Assembly (NCBI GenBank): GCA_013415865.1
Contig: CP058896.1
Coordinates: 843,957 to 907,956, forward strand
Source: Methanomassiliicoccales archaeon
GTDB lineage: Archaea > Thermoplasmatota > Thermoplasmata > Methanomassiliicoccales > UBA472
Direction of reading: 5' to 3'
Length of the DNA: 64,000 nt
In this document: piece by piece, positions 7,878 to 17,141 of the stretch
Layout of the letters: every line of letters starts with the position of its first letter
Position numbering within the stretch: position 1 is the stretch's first letter
Position numbers and translations under genes: made by a program
Notes under the pieces: generated by a model
What the model saw: only the letters and a program-made list of their open reading frames with translations
Databases searched by the model: none
Told to the model about the DNA's origin: nothing

Positions 7878-10688
7878 ATGATGAGCCCAAAGGACCGGCT
7901 ATTGCCATCATATCTGACAAGATATTTCGAAGATGCCAAGAAAGATACATTTCATGAGGTCGACGAGAGGAAGGGCTGGCACAACGTCTCGGTGGAAGAG
8001 ACCTTCAAATTGAACCAAACTAGCCTGGATGGACTAACTGAAGATTCCGTCGAGGAGAGAAGGAAGGAGTTCGGTAAGAACGTGCTTCCGACAAAGAAAC
8101 CTCCGAGCATCATCGAGGTCTTCCTTAGACAGTTCCTGAGCCCTCTCATATATGTCCTTGTGGCGGCCGGTGTGATCGCTGGCCTATTGGGAGACCTGAA
8201 AGACTCGATATTCATCTCGATAGTCCTTCTGATAAACGCGGTCATAGGGACCTTCCAGGAAATGAAGGCCGAGAAGAGCGCCGAGCAGCTCCAGAAGCTC
8301 CTGAAGACCATGGTGAGGGTCAGACGGGATGGCCATGAGGCCATCATACCAGCGGAGGATCTCGTGCCTGGTGACGTTGTGCTTCTCGAGTCGGGGGCAA
8401 AGGTACCGGCCGACCTTCGGCTCGTTCAGGTCCAGAACCTCAGCGTGGATGAATCCCTTTTGACAGGAGAATCGCTCCCGGTGGCGAAGGCCGTCCCTGA
8501 GCTCCCAGAAGATCTGGCAGTCCCAGAGAGGGTGAACATGGCCTTCGCCGGAACCACCGTGTCCCAAGGAAGGGGCGTCGGTGTGGTGGTCCAGACCGGC
8601 GGTAGGACCGAGATCGGCCAGATAGCCAAAGCGGTCACGATGGTGGACGACTCAAAACCCCCTCTGGTGATCAGGCTCGAGAAGTTCTCGAAGCAGATAT
8701 CCTATATCATCCTGCTTGCGGCGCTGGCGATGGGTATCATGGCTTTCCTCCGAGGGATGCCCATCATCGACGTCTTCTTCCTCGCAGTAGCACTGGCCGT
8801 GGCGGCGATCCCTGAAGGGCTTCCGGTCGCGGTGACCGTGGCGATGGCGATCAGGGTCACCAGGATGGCAAAAAGGAATGTGCTCACAAGAAGATTGGCC
8901 GCAGTTGAGAGCTTAGGGTCATGCACTTGCATCGCATCGGACAAGACAGGGACCTTGACAGTGAACAAACAGACCGCCAAATTGATATGCATCGGTCAGG
9001 AAGACCGCATCGCGGTCTCTGGGGAGGGATATGCTGGCGAAGGTTCGCTGTCCATGGAAGGAGGGGGGGAGGTCCGACCAGAGCTGAAAGGACACCTGGA
9101 AGAGCTGGTGAGGGCTGTTGTCATATGCAATGAGGCGTCCCTCAGGAAAGATGATGGGGAGTGGACATACACAGGGGATTCGGTCGATGTTGCATTGCTC
9201 GCCTTGGGCTATAAGATGGGGTTGGATGTCAGCGGTCTGAGAAGTTCATTGAGATATTTGGGAGAGGTGCCGTTTGAATCGGAGAAGCGGTTCGCCGCGA
9301 AATTCTACGAGCGGGATGGGCGGCCATATGTTGCGGTGAAAGGGGGGGTGGAGGCGGTCCTTCAGTTCTGCACCGACATGATGTGCGGTGGGGTCTTAAG
9401 ACCGGTGGACAAGGACATGGTGGAAAAAGAGGCATCATATCTTTCTGAAGGGGGGTACAGGACCATAGCGGTGGCCTCCGGATATGTCTCTTCGGATGGT
9501 CCGATGGGGGAAGAGGCCATCAAAGGACTGACGTTCCTAGGGGTCGTCGGTCTCATAGATCCACCGAGGCCAGAGGTCAAGGACGCTGTTGAAAGGTGTC
9601 ATCGTGCAGGGGTCAATGTGGTCATGGTGACAGGTGACCACCCGTCAACAGCCTTTGCCATCGCAAAAGAGCTGGGGATAGCTGAGGACAGGTCTCAGGT
9701 GGTCACGGGGAAAGAACTGGCAGAGATAGGATCTCCGACGGTGCCCCTTTTCTTGGAAAAGGTCAAGGAGGCGAAGGTTTTCGCCAGAGTGACGCCGGTC
9801 CAGAAACTGGAGATCGTCGATTCGCTGATAAAGCTGGGGAACTATGTCGCTGTCACTGGTGACGGGGTGAACGACGCACCGGCCCTTAGGAAGGCGAACA
9901 TCGGTGTTGCGATGGGCTCTGGGACCGATGTGGCAAAGGATGCCTCATCGATAATCGTCACTGATGATAATTTCTCATCAATAGTGGCGGGCGTGGAAGA
10001 AGGCAGGTATGCTTACGAGAACGTGAGGAAGGTCACGTATCTCCTTGTGTCGACAGGTATGGCCGAGATCACGTTGTTCATCCTTGCACTTATATTCGGG
10101 GCCATGGATGAGAGCACTGGAAAGTTCATCATTCCCCTAATAGCTGTCCAATTGCTCTGGCTGAACGTGGTCACAAACGGCATACAGCACGTTACCTTGG
10201 CCATGGAGGCCGGGGACCCTTCAGTGATGGAGCGCCCCCCAAGGAATCCAAATGAGGGGATATTCGATAAGCTGATGATAAGACAGGTGGGCATCAGCGC
10301 CGTCACCATGGGGGTCCTGGCGTTCCTTGTCTTCTACTATTTCAGCGAGATAAAGGACTATGGGGCATTTCAGGCATCTAACCTTACTCTCCTGCTGATG
10401 GTACTGTTGGAAAACGTGCATGTTCTGAACTGCCGTTCGGAGAGGAGGTCGGTCTTCCAGGTCCCGATAAGAAACAACTACTACCTGATATTAGGGATAA
10501 TCGGGGCGCAGGGACTGCACCTATTGGCCATGTATACTCCGGTATTGCAGGATGTGCTAAGGGTCGAGCCTGTGGACTTTGGGACCTGGGCTATGATGTT
10601 AGGGATCGCGCTCGTCCTGTTGGGCGTGATGGAGGTCCACAAATTGATGCTTCGGAGGTCTGAGGCGAAGGCCAAGGAGGACAAGTGA
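7878..10688 (+). CDS. cation-transporting P-type ATPase (type II, Ca2+/cation type)
   Basis: TGES, phosphorylation site CIASDKTGTLT, VMVTGDHPSTA, TGDGVNDAPALRKANIGVAMG and about 10 TM segments. Confidence 0.95.
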   Translation: MMSPKDRLLPSYLTRYFEDAKKDTFHEVDERKGWHNVSVEETFKLNQTSLDGLTEDSVEERRKEFGKNVLPTKKPPSIIEVFLRQFLSPLIYVLVAAGVIAGLLGDLKDSIFISIVLLINAVIGTFQEMKAEKSAEQLQKLLKTMVRVRRDGHEAIIPAEDLVPGDVVLLESGAKVPADLRLVQVQNLSVDESLLTGESLPVAKAVPELPEDLAVPERVNMAFAGTTVSQGRGVGVVVQTGGRTEIGQIAKAVTMVDDSKPPLVIRLEKFSKQISYIILLAALAMGIMAFLRGMPIIDVFFLAVALAVAAIPEGLPVAVTVAMAIRVTRMAKRNVLTRRLAAVESLGSCTCIASDKTGTLTVNKQTAKLICIGQEDRIAVSGEGYAGEGSLSMEGGGEVRPELKGHLEELVRAVVICNEASLRKDDGEWTYTGDSVDVALLALGYKMGLDVSGLRSSLRYLGEVPFESEKRFAAKFYERDGRPYVAVKGGVEAVLQFCTDMMCGGVLRPVDKDMVEKEASYLSEGGYRTIAVASGYVSSDGPMGEEAIKGLTFLGVVGLIDPPRPEVKDAVERCHRAGVNVVMVTGDHPSTAFAIAKELGIAEDRSQVVTGKELAEIGSPTVPLFLEKVKEAKVFARVTPVQKLEIVDSLIKLGNYVAVTGDGVNDAPALRKANIGVAMGSGTDVAKDASSIIVTDDNFSSIVAGVEEGRYAYENVRKVTYLLVSTGMAEITLFILALIFGAMDESTGKFIIPLIAVQLLWLNVVTNGIQHVTLAMEAGDPSVMERPPRNPNEGIFDKLMIRQVGISAVTMGVLAFLVFYYFSEIKDYGAFQASNLTLLLMVLLENVHVLNCRSERRSVFQVPIRNNYYLILGIIGAQGLHLLAMYTPVLQDVLRVEPVDFGTWAMMLGIALVLLGVMEVHKLMLRRSEAKAKEDK

Positions 10689-10751
10689 GCTAAAATGTTA
10701 TGGTAGGACCTGCTGCCCCCTTTCATATGGCGGGTGCCCGCGTAACGAAAG

Positions 10752-10760
10752 ACATATAGA
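10752..10760 (+). promoter_or_regulatory. putative TATA box for tRNA-Val
   Basis: acatataga lies about 30 nt upstream of the tRNA 5' end. Confidence 0.3.
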
Positions 10761-10787
10761 GTAGGACGCATTACTGCGGAAGCACTC

Positions 10788-10863
10788 GGGCTCATGGTCT
10801 AGTGGCTATGACGTTTCCCTGACACGGAGAAGGTCGCCGGTTCGAATCCGGCTGAGCCCACCA
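10788..10863 (+). tRNA. tRNA-Val (anticodon GAC), CCA encoded
   Basis: Hand-folded cloverleaf. Acceptor GGGCTCA/TGAGCCC, anticodon stem TTTCC/GGAGA, loop CTGACAC, T arm GCCGG-TTCGAAT-CCGGC, discriminator A at 10860, then genomic CCA at 10861-10863. Confidence 0.9.
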
Positions 10864-11385
10864 TCTTCTCATCGAATTATGATAGGGGCCTCACATTAGG
10901 ACCTTGCATATCTTGATGGCCATGGGCCTACCATGCACCTTGTTCCTAGAGATCTCAACGGATGCGATTGTGAGCCGTTTCGATCACGCGTTTCTGGTCA
11001 TCATCTGCATATGAAAATGATGATTCGGTCCAAAATCTGACAGAGCATTCCTTTAATTCATATTGAATAACGTGTGCTCTGTTTTGATCAAACAAGATTA
11101 TGATGATTGAGTGAGGGGCACTGATGACCATAGGGATACAAAGAGGGGGGGGTCCTTGATGAGAGTGCGGCCATTACCGAAGGCTCCATTGACCATGTAT
11201 CATCGACGCGACATTGGGATCAAGGAGGCCGCTGCCTAAATGAACCCGACAAGATGGTCCCGCAACGAACCATCAGTGCATCTACTCTATAATTTTCTCT
11301 AATGTGCCAGCTGACTACGGAACCTTGCGATTCTGACCTGTCAGACATTCTTTCGACGTCCCTGACTTAGACCGGCCAATTGGTC

Positions 11386-11397
11386 AATTATTAAAAG
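11386..11397 (+). promoter_or_regulatory. putative TATA box for the aminopeptidase gene
   Basis: aattattaaaag is centred about 26-30 nt upstream of ATG 11421. This favours that ATG (near-leaderless) over ATG 11406. Confidence 0.35.
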
Positions 11398-11420
11398 TAT
11401 GGAGAATGTTAGAGTCGTTG

Positions 11421-12536
11421 ATGCAAGACCCTAGGTTTAAAAAACTGGCAGATGTCATTGTCAATCATTCGATCAAACTCCAGAAAGGCGAAGTGGTCTA
11501 TATCGAGCTGTTCGACATCCCTACCGAGATGGCCGAGGTCCTTATAACGACGGTATATGAGGCGGAGGGCATTCCTCTGATATCCCAAAAGTCCCCAAGG
11601 ACGCTCAGGAAGCTTTATTCAGGAGCGGATGAGGCGGCGATGAAAATATTCGGAGAGCTTGAGCTTGAGAAGATGAAGAGGGCACAGGCCTATATCGGGA
11701 TGAGGGGGGCCAACAACCTGACCGAGCTCTCAGATGTCCCACCGAAAGGGATGGACCTCTATAGGAGGCTGTGGTGGAAACCTGTCCACACCGAATGGAG
11801 GGTGCCGAAGACGAGATGGGTCGTGTTAAGATGGCCGACGCCGTCCATGGCGCAGCTGGCAGAGATGTCGACCGAGGGCTTTGAGGATTTCTACTTCAAT
11901 ACCACCACGCTCGACTATAAGAGATTCTCAAAGGCGATGGACCCTCTCGTGGACCTCATGCAAAAGACCGACATGGTAAGATTGGTATCCCCCGGGACGG
12001 ACCTCACATTCTCCATAAAGGGGATCCCGGTCATCAAGTGCGACGGTAATCTCAATCTTCCCGATGGAGAGGTGTACACCGCACCCGTAAAAGATACGGT
12101 AAATGGGGTCATCCGATACAACACAAGAAGTTATTACGATGGCAAGATCTACGACAACATCCGATTTGTTTTCAAAGACGGTAGGATCGTGGATGCAACA
12201 TCATCCGATACGGTCGGAATGAACCAGGTCCTTGACACGGATGACGGTGCGAGATTTGTGGGGGAGTTCGCCTTGGGGCTTAACCCATATGTGACCAGGC
12301 CTATCCTAGATACGCTGTTCGACGAAAAGATCGCTGGTTCGATACACCTTACCCCCGGTAACTCATATGATGATGCGTTCAACGGCAACAGGTCTGCGGT
12401 CCACTGGGACCTGGTATTGGTCCAGACGAAGGAATGGGGCGGCGGAGAGATATATTTCGACGATGTCCTGGTCAGGAAGGACGGGGTGTTCGTCCTGGAT
12501 GAGCTGAAAGGGCTTAACCCAGACCAGTTGAAATAA
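11421..12536 (+). CDS. M29 family aminopeptidase (AmpS/PepS-like)
   Basis: N-terminus MQDPRFKKLADVIVNHSIKLQKGEVVYI and C-terminal FDEKIAGSIHLTPGNSY...HWDLV are typical of thermophilic metalloprotease M29. Confidence 0.85.
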   Translation: MQDPRFKKLADVIVNHSIKLQKGEVVYIELFDIPTEMAEVLITTVYEAEGIPLISQKSPRTLRKLYSGADEAAMKIFGELELEKMKRAQAYIGMRGANNLTELSDVPPKGMDLYRRLWWKPVHTEWRVPKTRWVVLRWPTPSMAQLAEMSTEGFEDFYFNTTTLDYKRFSKAMDPLVDLMQKTDMVRLVSPGTDLTFSIKGIPVIKCDGNLNLPDGEVYTAPVKDTVNGVIRYNTRSYYDGKIYDNIRFVFKDGRIVDATSSDTVGMNQVLDTDDGARFVGEFALGLNPYVTRPILDTLFDEKIAGSIHLTPGNSYDDAFNGNRSAVHWDLVLVQTKEWGGGEIYFDDVLVRKDGVFVLDELKGLNPDQLK

Positions 12537-12595
12537 GATGCCTGGTGCTCTGGTCTACCTCATGACATGTGGACATCTTTTGAATAAGTTATTTA

Positions 12596-12976
12596 GTGAG
12601 ATCAGGAGGGTTCAAGTCATCTCCGACGATACCGTTCCTAGTGATAATATTGCCTGAGAAGGAGGAGTTCTCAAGTGTTCTGGTGACGTGCGGTTCCATG
12701 GAGAAGGCCAAGGCCATTGCAAAGGACCTTATAAATAAAAGGCTGGCCGCCTGTGCCAATATCTGGACGGTCGACTCGATCTACCGATGGCAGGGGGAGG
12801 TCGAGGAGTCCCCCGAGGTCATGATGCTCCTCAAGGTCCGTACCGAGGATTTCAAAGAGGTCTGTGACTCGATCAGACGGCTACATGACTACGAGGTCCC
12901 ATGTGTGGTCAGATATGACATCGCAGACGGTCTGGACATCTATCTTCGATGGATACATGATGTCACTGAACGATGA
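12596..12976 (+). CDS. cutA: divalent-cation tolerance protein CutA
   Basis: VLVTCGSMEKAKAIAKDLINKRLAACANI...YRWQGEV...HDYEVPCVV. True start probably lies downstream of 12596 (uncertain). Confidence 0.8.
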   Translation: MRSGGFKSSPTIPFLVIILPEKEEFSSVLVTCGSMEKAKAIAKDLINKRLAACANIWTVDSIYRWQGEVEESPEVMMLLKVRTEDFKEVCDSIRRLHDYEVPCVVRYDIADGLDIYLRWIHDVTER

Positions 12977-12980
12977 ACCA

Positions 12981-13430
12981 TCAATGGAGAAGATAGTCCG
13001 CGATGTCATGTCTTCTAAGATAATAGATCACAAAAAACGGAAGCACGATGCACATGGCCAGCCTCAATGCGAATTGAAGGTCATTGAGACCGAATAGCGC
13101 GAGCAGCGCAGCGTTGACAAGGACGGTCAGGACCGCCAGGACGGCCCCCGTCTTATACGAGAATCTCTTCCTTCTCAGAAGTCCCCATATGACCAACACT
13201 GAGATGCCAGTGAGCAGGGCCACGATCCCCCCGAAAAGGCCAGTGAGCTCCCTTGCATTATCGATCAGGAACTCGGACGGTCCCGATCCCAGATTGTCCA
13301 GTAGCTCTTGGTCGGTCGTTCCGAACGACATCAGCAACAGCACGGCGGCAGTATAGAAGAGGAGCACCGTTATCGCGAACTCGAACGTCATCAGATATAT
13401 CATGTCGTAAGGGCGCCTTTTGACGACCAT
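12981..13430 (-). CDS. hypothetical membrane protein (about 4 TM)
   Basis: Four hydrophobic segments. No recognisable family. Confidence 0.5.
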   Translation of the reverse strand: MVVKRRPYDMIYLMTFEFAITVLLFYTAAVLLLMSFGTTDQELLDNLGSGPSEFLIDNARELTGLFGGIVALLTGISVLVIWGLLRRKRFSYKTGAVLAVLTVLVNAALLALFGLNDLQFALRLAMCIVLPFFVIYYLRRHDIADYLLH

Positions 13431-13514
13431 GTCCTTTGCGATATTCGCAACGGTATATAATCCTCGCTGAGACCCTGAGAGATCATTCGGGCAGTTGCAT
13501 TAAGAACCGTCATA

Positions 13515-14264
13515 TCAGAGCGACGGCTCGATGACATATTTGCACATGTTGAAGTTCGACCCGAAGGTCTCTTTCTCCGCAACGCGGAGGGGCATTCCTA
13601 GCTTAACCTCAAAGATGGCCTCCAACATCCCTTCGTTCAGAAGACAGAGCGTTCTACCGACATCAGGTGCCTTGGAGCAATCGTACTCGTCCTTGATGAT
13701 GAGGGTCACTGGATGTATCGAGTACACCACCACCTCGCCCAGCTCATGTTCTTTATAGAACTCTTTGACCTCTTGTATAAGGCCCTCGACATTTTCAGAC
13801 TTGAAGCGCTTCGACACTTCCATCCCTATCTGTTTTCCTATGTCCTTCAAGATCGGGTCCATGTTGAAGCCGATCGACTCCATCCCGATGACTATGGACC
13901 TTATGGTGCCTTTGAGGAAAGTGCTCGGAAGCCCGATGCTCCTTGCTATGGTGTTACCTATCGCCCTCTTGAGCTCCTCCCTGGGGACGACAGAAGAGCC
14001 GACCGGTCTTGAGATGAGATAAAAGATCTTTCTCCTGTTGTCCTGAGGGTCATCCCTGTAACCTATGAGGCCCTCTGACACCATCTTGTCGAGATGTACA
14101 GACAACGTCGATTGCGCCTTGCCTGTGAGAGATGCTATCTCGCTCAGGCTCAGGTCATGCCGCTGTAGCTCAGATAATATCTTCTGCCTCACGGGGTTGG
14201 ATATCTGCCGCAGGCCGGTGCTTGTCGAATAGACGTCGAAGTCTGAGCTCTTCTTTGCTGCCAT
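13515..14264 (-). CDS. ArsR-type winged-helix regulator with C-terminal V4R domain (MsvR-like architecture)
   Basis: N-terminal wHTH NPVRQKILSELQRHDLSLSEIASLTGKAQSTLSVHLDKMVSEGLI. C-terminal V4R-like Cys pattern DCSKAPDVGRTLCLLNEGMLEAIF...NMCKYVIEP. Confidence 0.75.
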   Translation of the reverse strand: MAAKKSSDFDVYSTSTGLRQISNPVRQKILSELQRHDLSLSEIASLTGKAQSTLSVHLDKMVSEGLIGYRDDPQDNRRKIFYLISRPVGSSVVPREELKRAIGNTIARSIGLPSTFLKGTIRSIVIGMESIGFNMDPILKDIGKQIGMEVSKRFKSENVEGLIQEVKEFYKEHELGEVVVYSIHPVTLIIKDEYDCSKAPDVGRTLCLLNEGMLEAIFEVKLGMPLRVAEKETFGSNFNMCKYVIEPSL

Positions 14265-14394
14265 AAGGTTACGGGAAATTAGATTCAGTGACTAGGTAAT
14301 TAAATCTTCTTCTGAGCGGACATGATCCGGAGCGTCCTTGACATAGGGGGACAAATGATTTTCTAACCCTATCGCACTGACCATCGCTGAGAAC

Positions 14395-15405
14395 ATGAAA
14401 TTGGAGATCGATGGCGAGAAAAGGGATGTCCGTGCCCTCTGGTATGAGGCAGGAAAGGTCATGATGATCGACCAGAGGTGTCTGCCCGAAAAGGTCGCGG
14501 TCCTTGAACTTACCACCGTTGACCAGGTGGCAGATGCCATCAAGAACATGACGGTACGCGGTGCCCCGGCCATCGGTGCGGCTGCCGCATATGGCATGCT
14601 CCTTGCATATAAGGGCGGGGTGGACCTGGTCTCGGCAGCAAAGATGCTGAAGGGCACGAGACCGACGGCGCACGACCTCTTCTTCGCCGTCGACCACATG
14701 ATGGCCAGGATCAGATCTGGTGAAGACCCCGTCGAAGCCGCCGAGGAATATTGTGACTCCATCATCGAGAAGTGCAGGAGGATAGGTGTCCACGGCGAGC
14801 CTTTGATAAAGGATGGCGCGAAGATCATGACCCATTGCAATGCTGGCGCTCTGGCGACGATAGACCATGGAACAGCCCTAGCACCGATCAGGGAGGCGCA
14901 TAGGAAGGGTAAAAAGGTCTTCGTATACGTCTCAGAGACCAGGCCCAGGCTCCAGGGCATGAAGCTCACGGCCTTCGAGCTGCTCAACGAAGGGATACCT
15001 CATGCCATAATATCCGATGGGGCCTCTGGTCACTTCATGAGGAAAGATGTGGACATCATCATCGTAGGAGCTGACAGGATAGCGGCGAACGGTGATTTCG
15101 CGAACAAGATCGGTACCTTCGAGAAGGCCGTCCTGGCAAAAGAGCTGGGGATACCGTTCTACACCGCAGCGCCCATCTCGACCTTTGATTTCAGCATAAG
15201 CAGCGGTAAGGAGATCCCGATAGAGGACAGGGCCGAGAGCGAGGTGACCGAGATCGGAGGGGTGAGGGTCGCACCGATAGGGTCCCCTGCGCTCAATCCC
15301 TCGTTCGATATGACTCCTCATAGATATCTCACGGGGATAATCACAGAGATGGGTGTCTTAAGTCCTCAGGATGTCATCAAGGTCAAGGAGGAGGGGATGA
15401 GATGA
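14395..15405 (+). CDS. mtnA: S-methyl-5-thioribose-1-phosphate isomerase (eIF-2B alpha/beta/delta family)
   Basis: MMIDQRCLPEKV...MTVRGAPAIGAAAAYGM, THCNAG, VYVSETRPRLQG, IIVGADRIAANGD. Confidence 0.85.
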   Translation: MKLEIDGEKRDVRALWYEAGKVMMIDQRCLPEKVAVLELTTVDQVADAIKNMTVRGAPAIGAAAAYGMLLAYKGGVDLVSAAKMLKGTRPTAHDLFFAVDHMMARIRSGEDPVEAAEEYCDSIIEKCRRIGVHGEPLIKDGAKIMTHCNAGALATIDHGTALAPIREAHRKGKKVFVYVSETRPRLQGMKLTAFELLNEGIPHAIISDGASGHFMRKDVDIIIVGADRIAANGDFANKIGTFEKAVLAKELGIPFYTAAPISTFDFSISSGKEIPIEDRAESEVTEIGGVRVAPIGSPALNPSFDMTPHRYLTGIITEMGVLSPQDVIKVKEEGMR

Positions 15406-16031
15406 GGTTCATGAAAGAGCGGGCGGAGATAGTGAGGTTCGGGAAATATCTGTATGATAAAGGCCTGGTGACAGGGACGAGCGGTAATATCAGTGTCAGG
15501 GGGGACGAGGACACGATGCTCATCACCCCCTCCGGCGCCTGTAAGGGCATGCTGTCGGTCTCTGACATGATCGAGGTCAGGATCTCAGACGGTGAGCTGC
15601 TCTCGGAAGGGAGGCCGTCCATGGAAACACCGTTCCATCTGGCTTTCTATAGGAAGAGAAGGGATGTCAATGCCGTTGTCCATTCCCATCCACTGTATTG
15701 TACCATATTCGCCGTGGCTGGGCTGAGGGTCTTCACCACGTTGACGCCCGAGTCCCTTCTCGTACTTGGAAGAGAGGTGCCATATGTTCCTTATGCTACA
15801 CCCGGATCAGAGGACCTGGCCGAGGGTCTGACAGAGAACATGGGGGATGCCAACGCATTTCTGCTCGATAAGCATGGTGCAATAGCCGTCGGGGGGAGCC
15901 TTAAAGATGCCTTCCATAGGTTGGAGACCCTGGAGTTCATGGCCGAGATGCAATACCGGCTCATCGCCATCGAGAAAGGGGACCCTCTGCCGATGGACGA
16001 GGTCGAAAAGATACTTAGGTCAGGCCATTAG
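15402..16031 (+). CDS. class II aldolase/adducin family protein (MtnB / FucA / 5-deoxyribulose-1-P aldolase-like)
   Basis: GTSGNISVR, ITPSG, VVHSHP. The ATG overlaps the mtnA stop (ATGA). Confidence 0.8.
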   Translation: MRFMKERAEIVRFGKYLYDKGLVTGTSGNISVRGDEDTMLITPSGACKGMLSVSDMIEVRISDGELLSEGRPSMETPFHLAFYRKRRDVNAVVHSHPLYCTIFAVAGLRVFTTLTPESLLVLGREVPYVPYATPGSEDLAEGLTENMGDANAFLLDKHGAIAVGGSLKDAFHRLETLEFMAEMQYRLIAIEKGDPLPMDEVEKILRSGH

Positions 16032-16042
16032 GAGGTCTTGTC

Positions 16043-17128
16043 ATGATATTGGTCACAAAGTGGTTCGGGGTCTTCCTCTGTGAAGGCCAGGCCGTCAAGA
16101 GGGCCGTGATATTCGAGAAGGACCCAAAGGTGATTGCGAAGAAGCTTGCGGCGGTGCAGCGGGGGGAGGTCCTTCCAGAGGAGAGGTCGCTCGCGGTCAA
16201 GAGGATGAAGGTCGCTGAGCCGAGGCTGGCGAGATTGGGAAAACCTGTCCTTTTCGATTCGTCGTTCATAAGGCCCCAGGACTACCAGATGACCCCTGAG
16301 CTCATGCAGCGTGTGATGGTCGAGCTCGGGAAGATCAGGACGAGAGAGCCCCTGGGAGAGGACAAGTGCATCGCCCAGGCCATCCGTGCCACGGACGACC
16401 TGATAGAGACGATCAACCTCATGAGCGAGCGGCTCCATGAATGGTATGGTATGTATTTCCCGGAGCTTGCGGACCATGCCCGCGAGGAAAGGTATGCGGA
16501 GCTCATCGCCGAGGTCGGGAACAGAGAGGAGATCCTGAGGCAGCTCGGGGTAGAGCTGGAATCCGTGGGGTCGGAGATGCTCGAGGAGGACCTGGCAACG
16601 ATAAGGTCCTTTGCCTCGTCATTGGTCGATCTTTATAAAAGGAAAGCGGACCTCGACAGATACATCCTCGAGTCGATGCAAAAGGTCGCTCCCAATCTAA
16701 CTGCCCTGCTCTCGGCCAACCTCGCCGCAAGGATGATATCCCTAGCGGGGGGCCTGGGGCGTCTCTCCAAGCTGCCCTCGAGCACATTGCAGCTTCTAGG
16801 AGCGGAGAAGGCCCTGTTCCTCCATCTCAGGACGGGGAAGAGGCCTCCTAAGCATGGGATCATTTTCCAACATCCTCTGGTGAACAAGGCACCATATTGG
16901 CAGCGGGGCAAGGTCGCGAGGACCCTCGGGGGAAAGATATCCATTGCAGCGAAGGTCGACCATTTCAAGGGCGAGTTCATCGGGGACAGATTATTGGCCG
17001 AGATGGAGGAGAGGGCCAAGGAGATCAGGGAGAAATATCCTGACCCCCCAAGGCGCGCACAGCCCCAGTTCCAGCGGCAACAGAGGCGCCCAGAGAAGAG
17101 CAAGGTTTATAAATCGAAGCATAATTGA
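16043..17128 (+). CDS. nop5: C/D box sRNP core protein Nop5 (Nop56/58)
   Basis: NOP domain LLGAEKALFLHLRTGKRPPKHGIIFQHPLVNKAPYWQRGKVARTLGGKISIAAKVD, followed by a basic C-terminal tail. Confidence 0.95.
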   Translation: MILVTKWFGVFLCEGQAVKRAVIFEKDPKVIAKKLAAVQRGEVLPEERSLAVKRMKVAEPRLARLGKPVLFDSSFIRPQDYQMTPELMQRVMVELGKIRTREPLGEDKCIAQAIRATDDLIETINLMSERLHEWYGMYFPELADHAREERYAELIAEVGNREEILRQLGVELESVGSEMLEEDLATIRSFASSLVDLYKRKADLDRYILESMQKVAPNLTALLSANLAARMISLAGGLGRLSKLPSSTLQLLGAEKALFLHLRTGKRPPKHGIIFQHPLVNKAPYWQRGKVARTLGGKISIAAKVDHFKGEFIGDRLLAEMEERAKEIREKYPDPPRRAQPQFQRQQRRPEKSKVYKSKHN

Positions 17129-17141
17129 CGGGATGATATTC

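Noticed and set aside
10864-11405. Integrated element, SRP/RNase P RNA or replication origin next to tRNA-Val
   Set aside because: No integrase or other mobile-element gene is present. I found no duplicated tRNA 3' segment (att site). The region is AT-rich, unlike GC-rich SRP/RNase P RNAs, and lacks their conserved motifs. No Orc1/Cdc6 gene or ORB-like repeats were seen.
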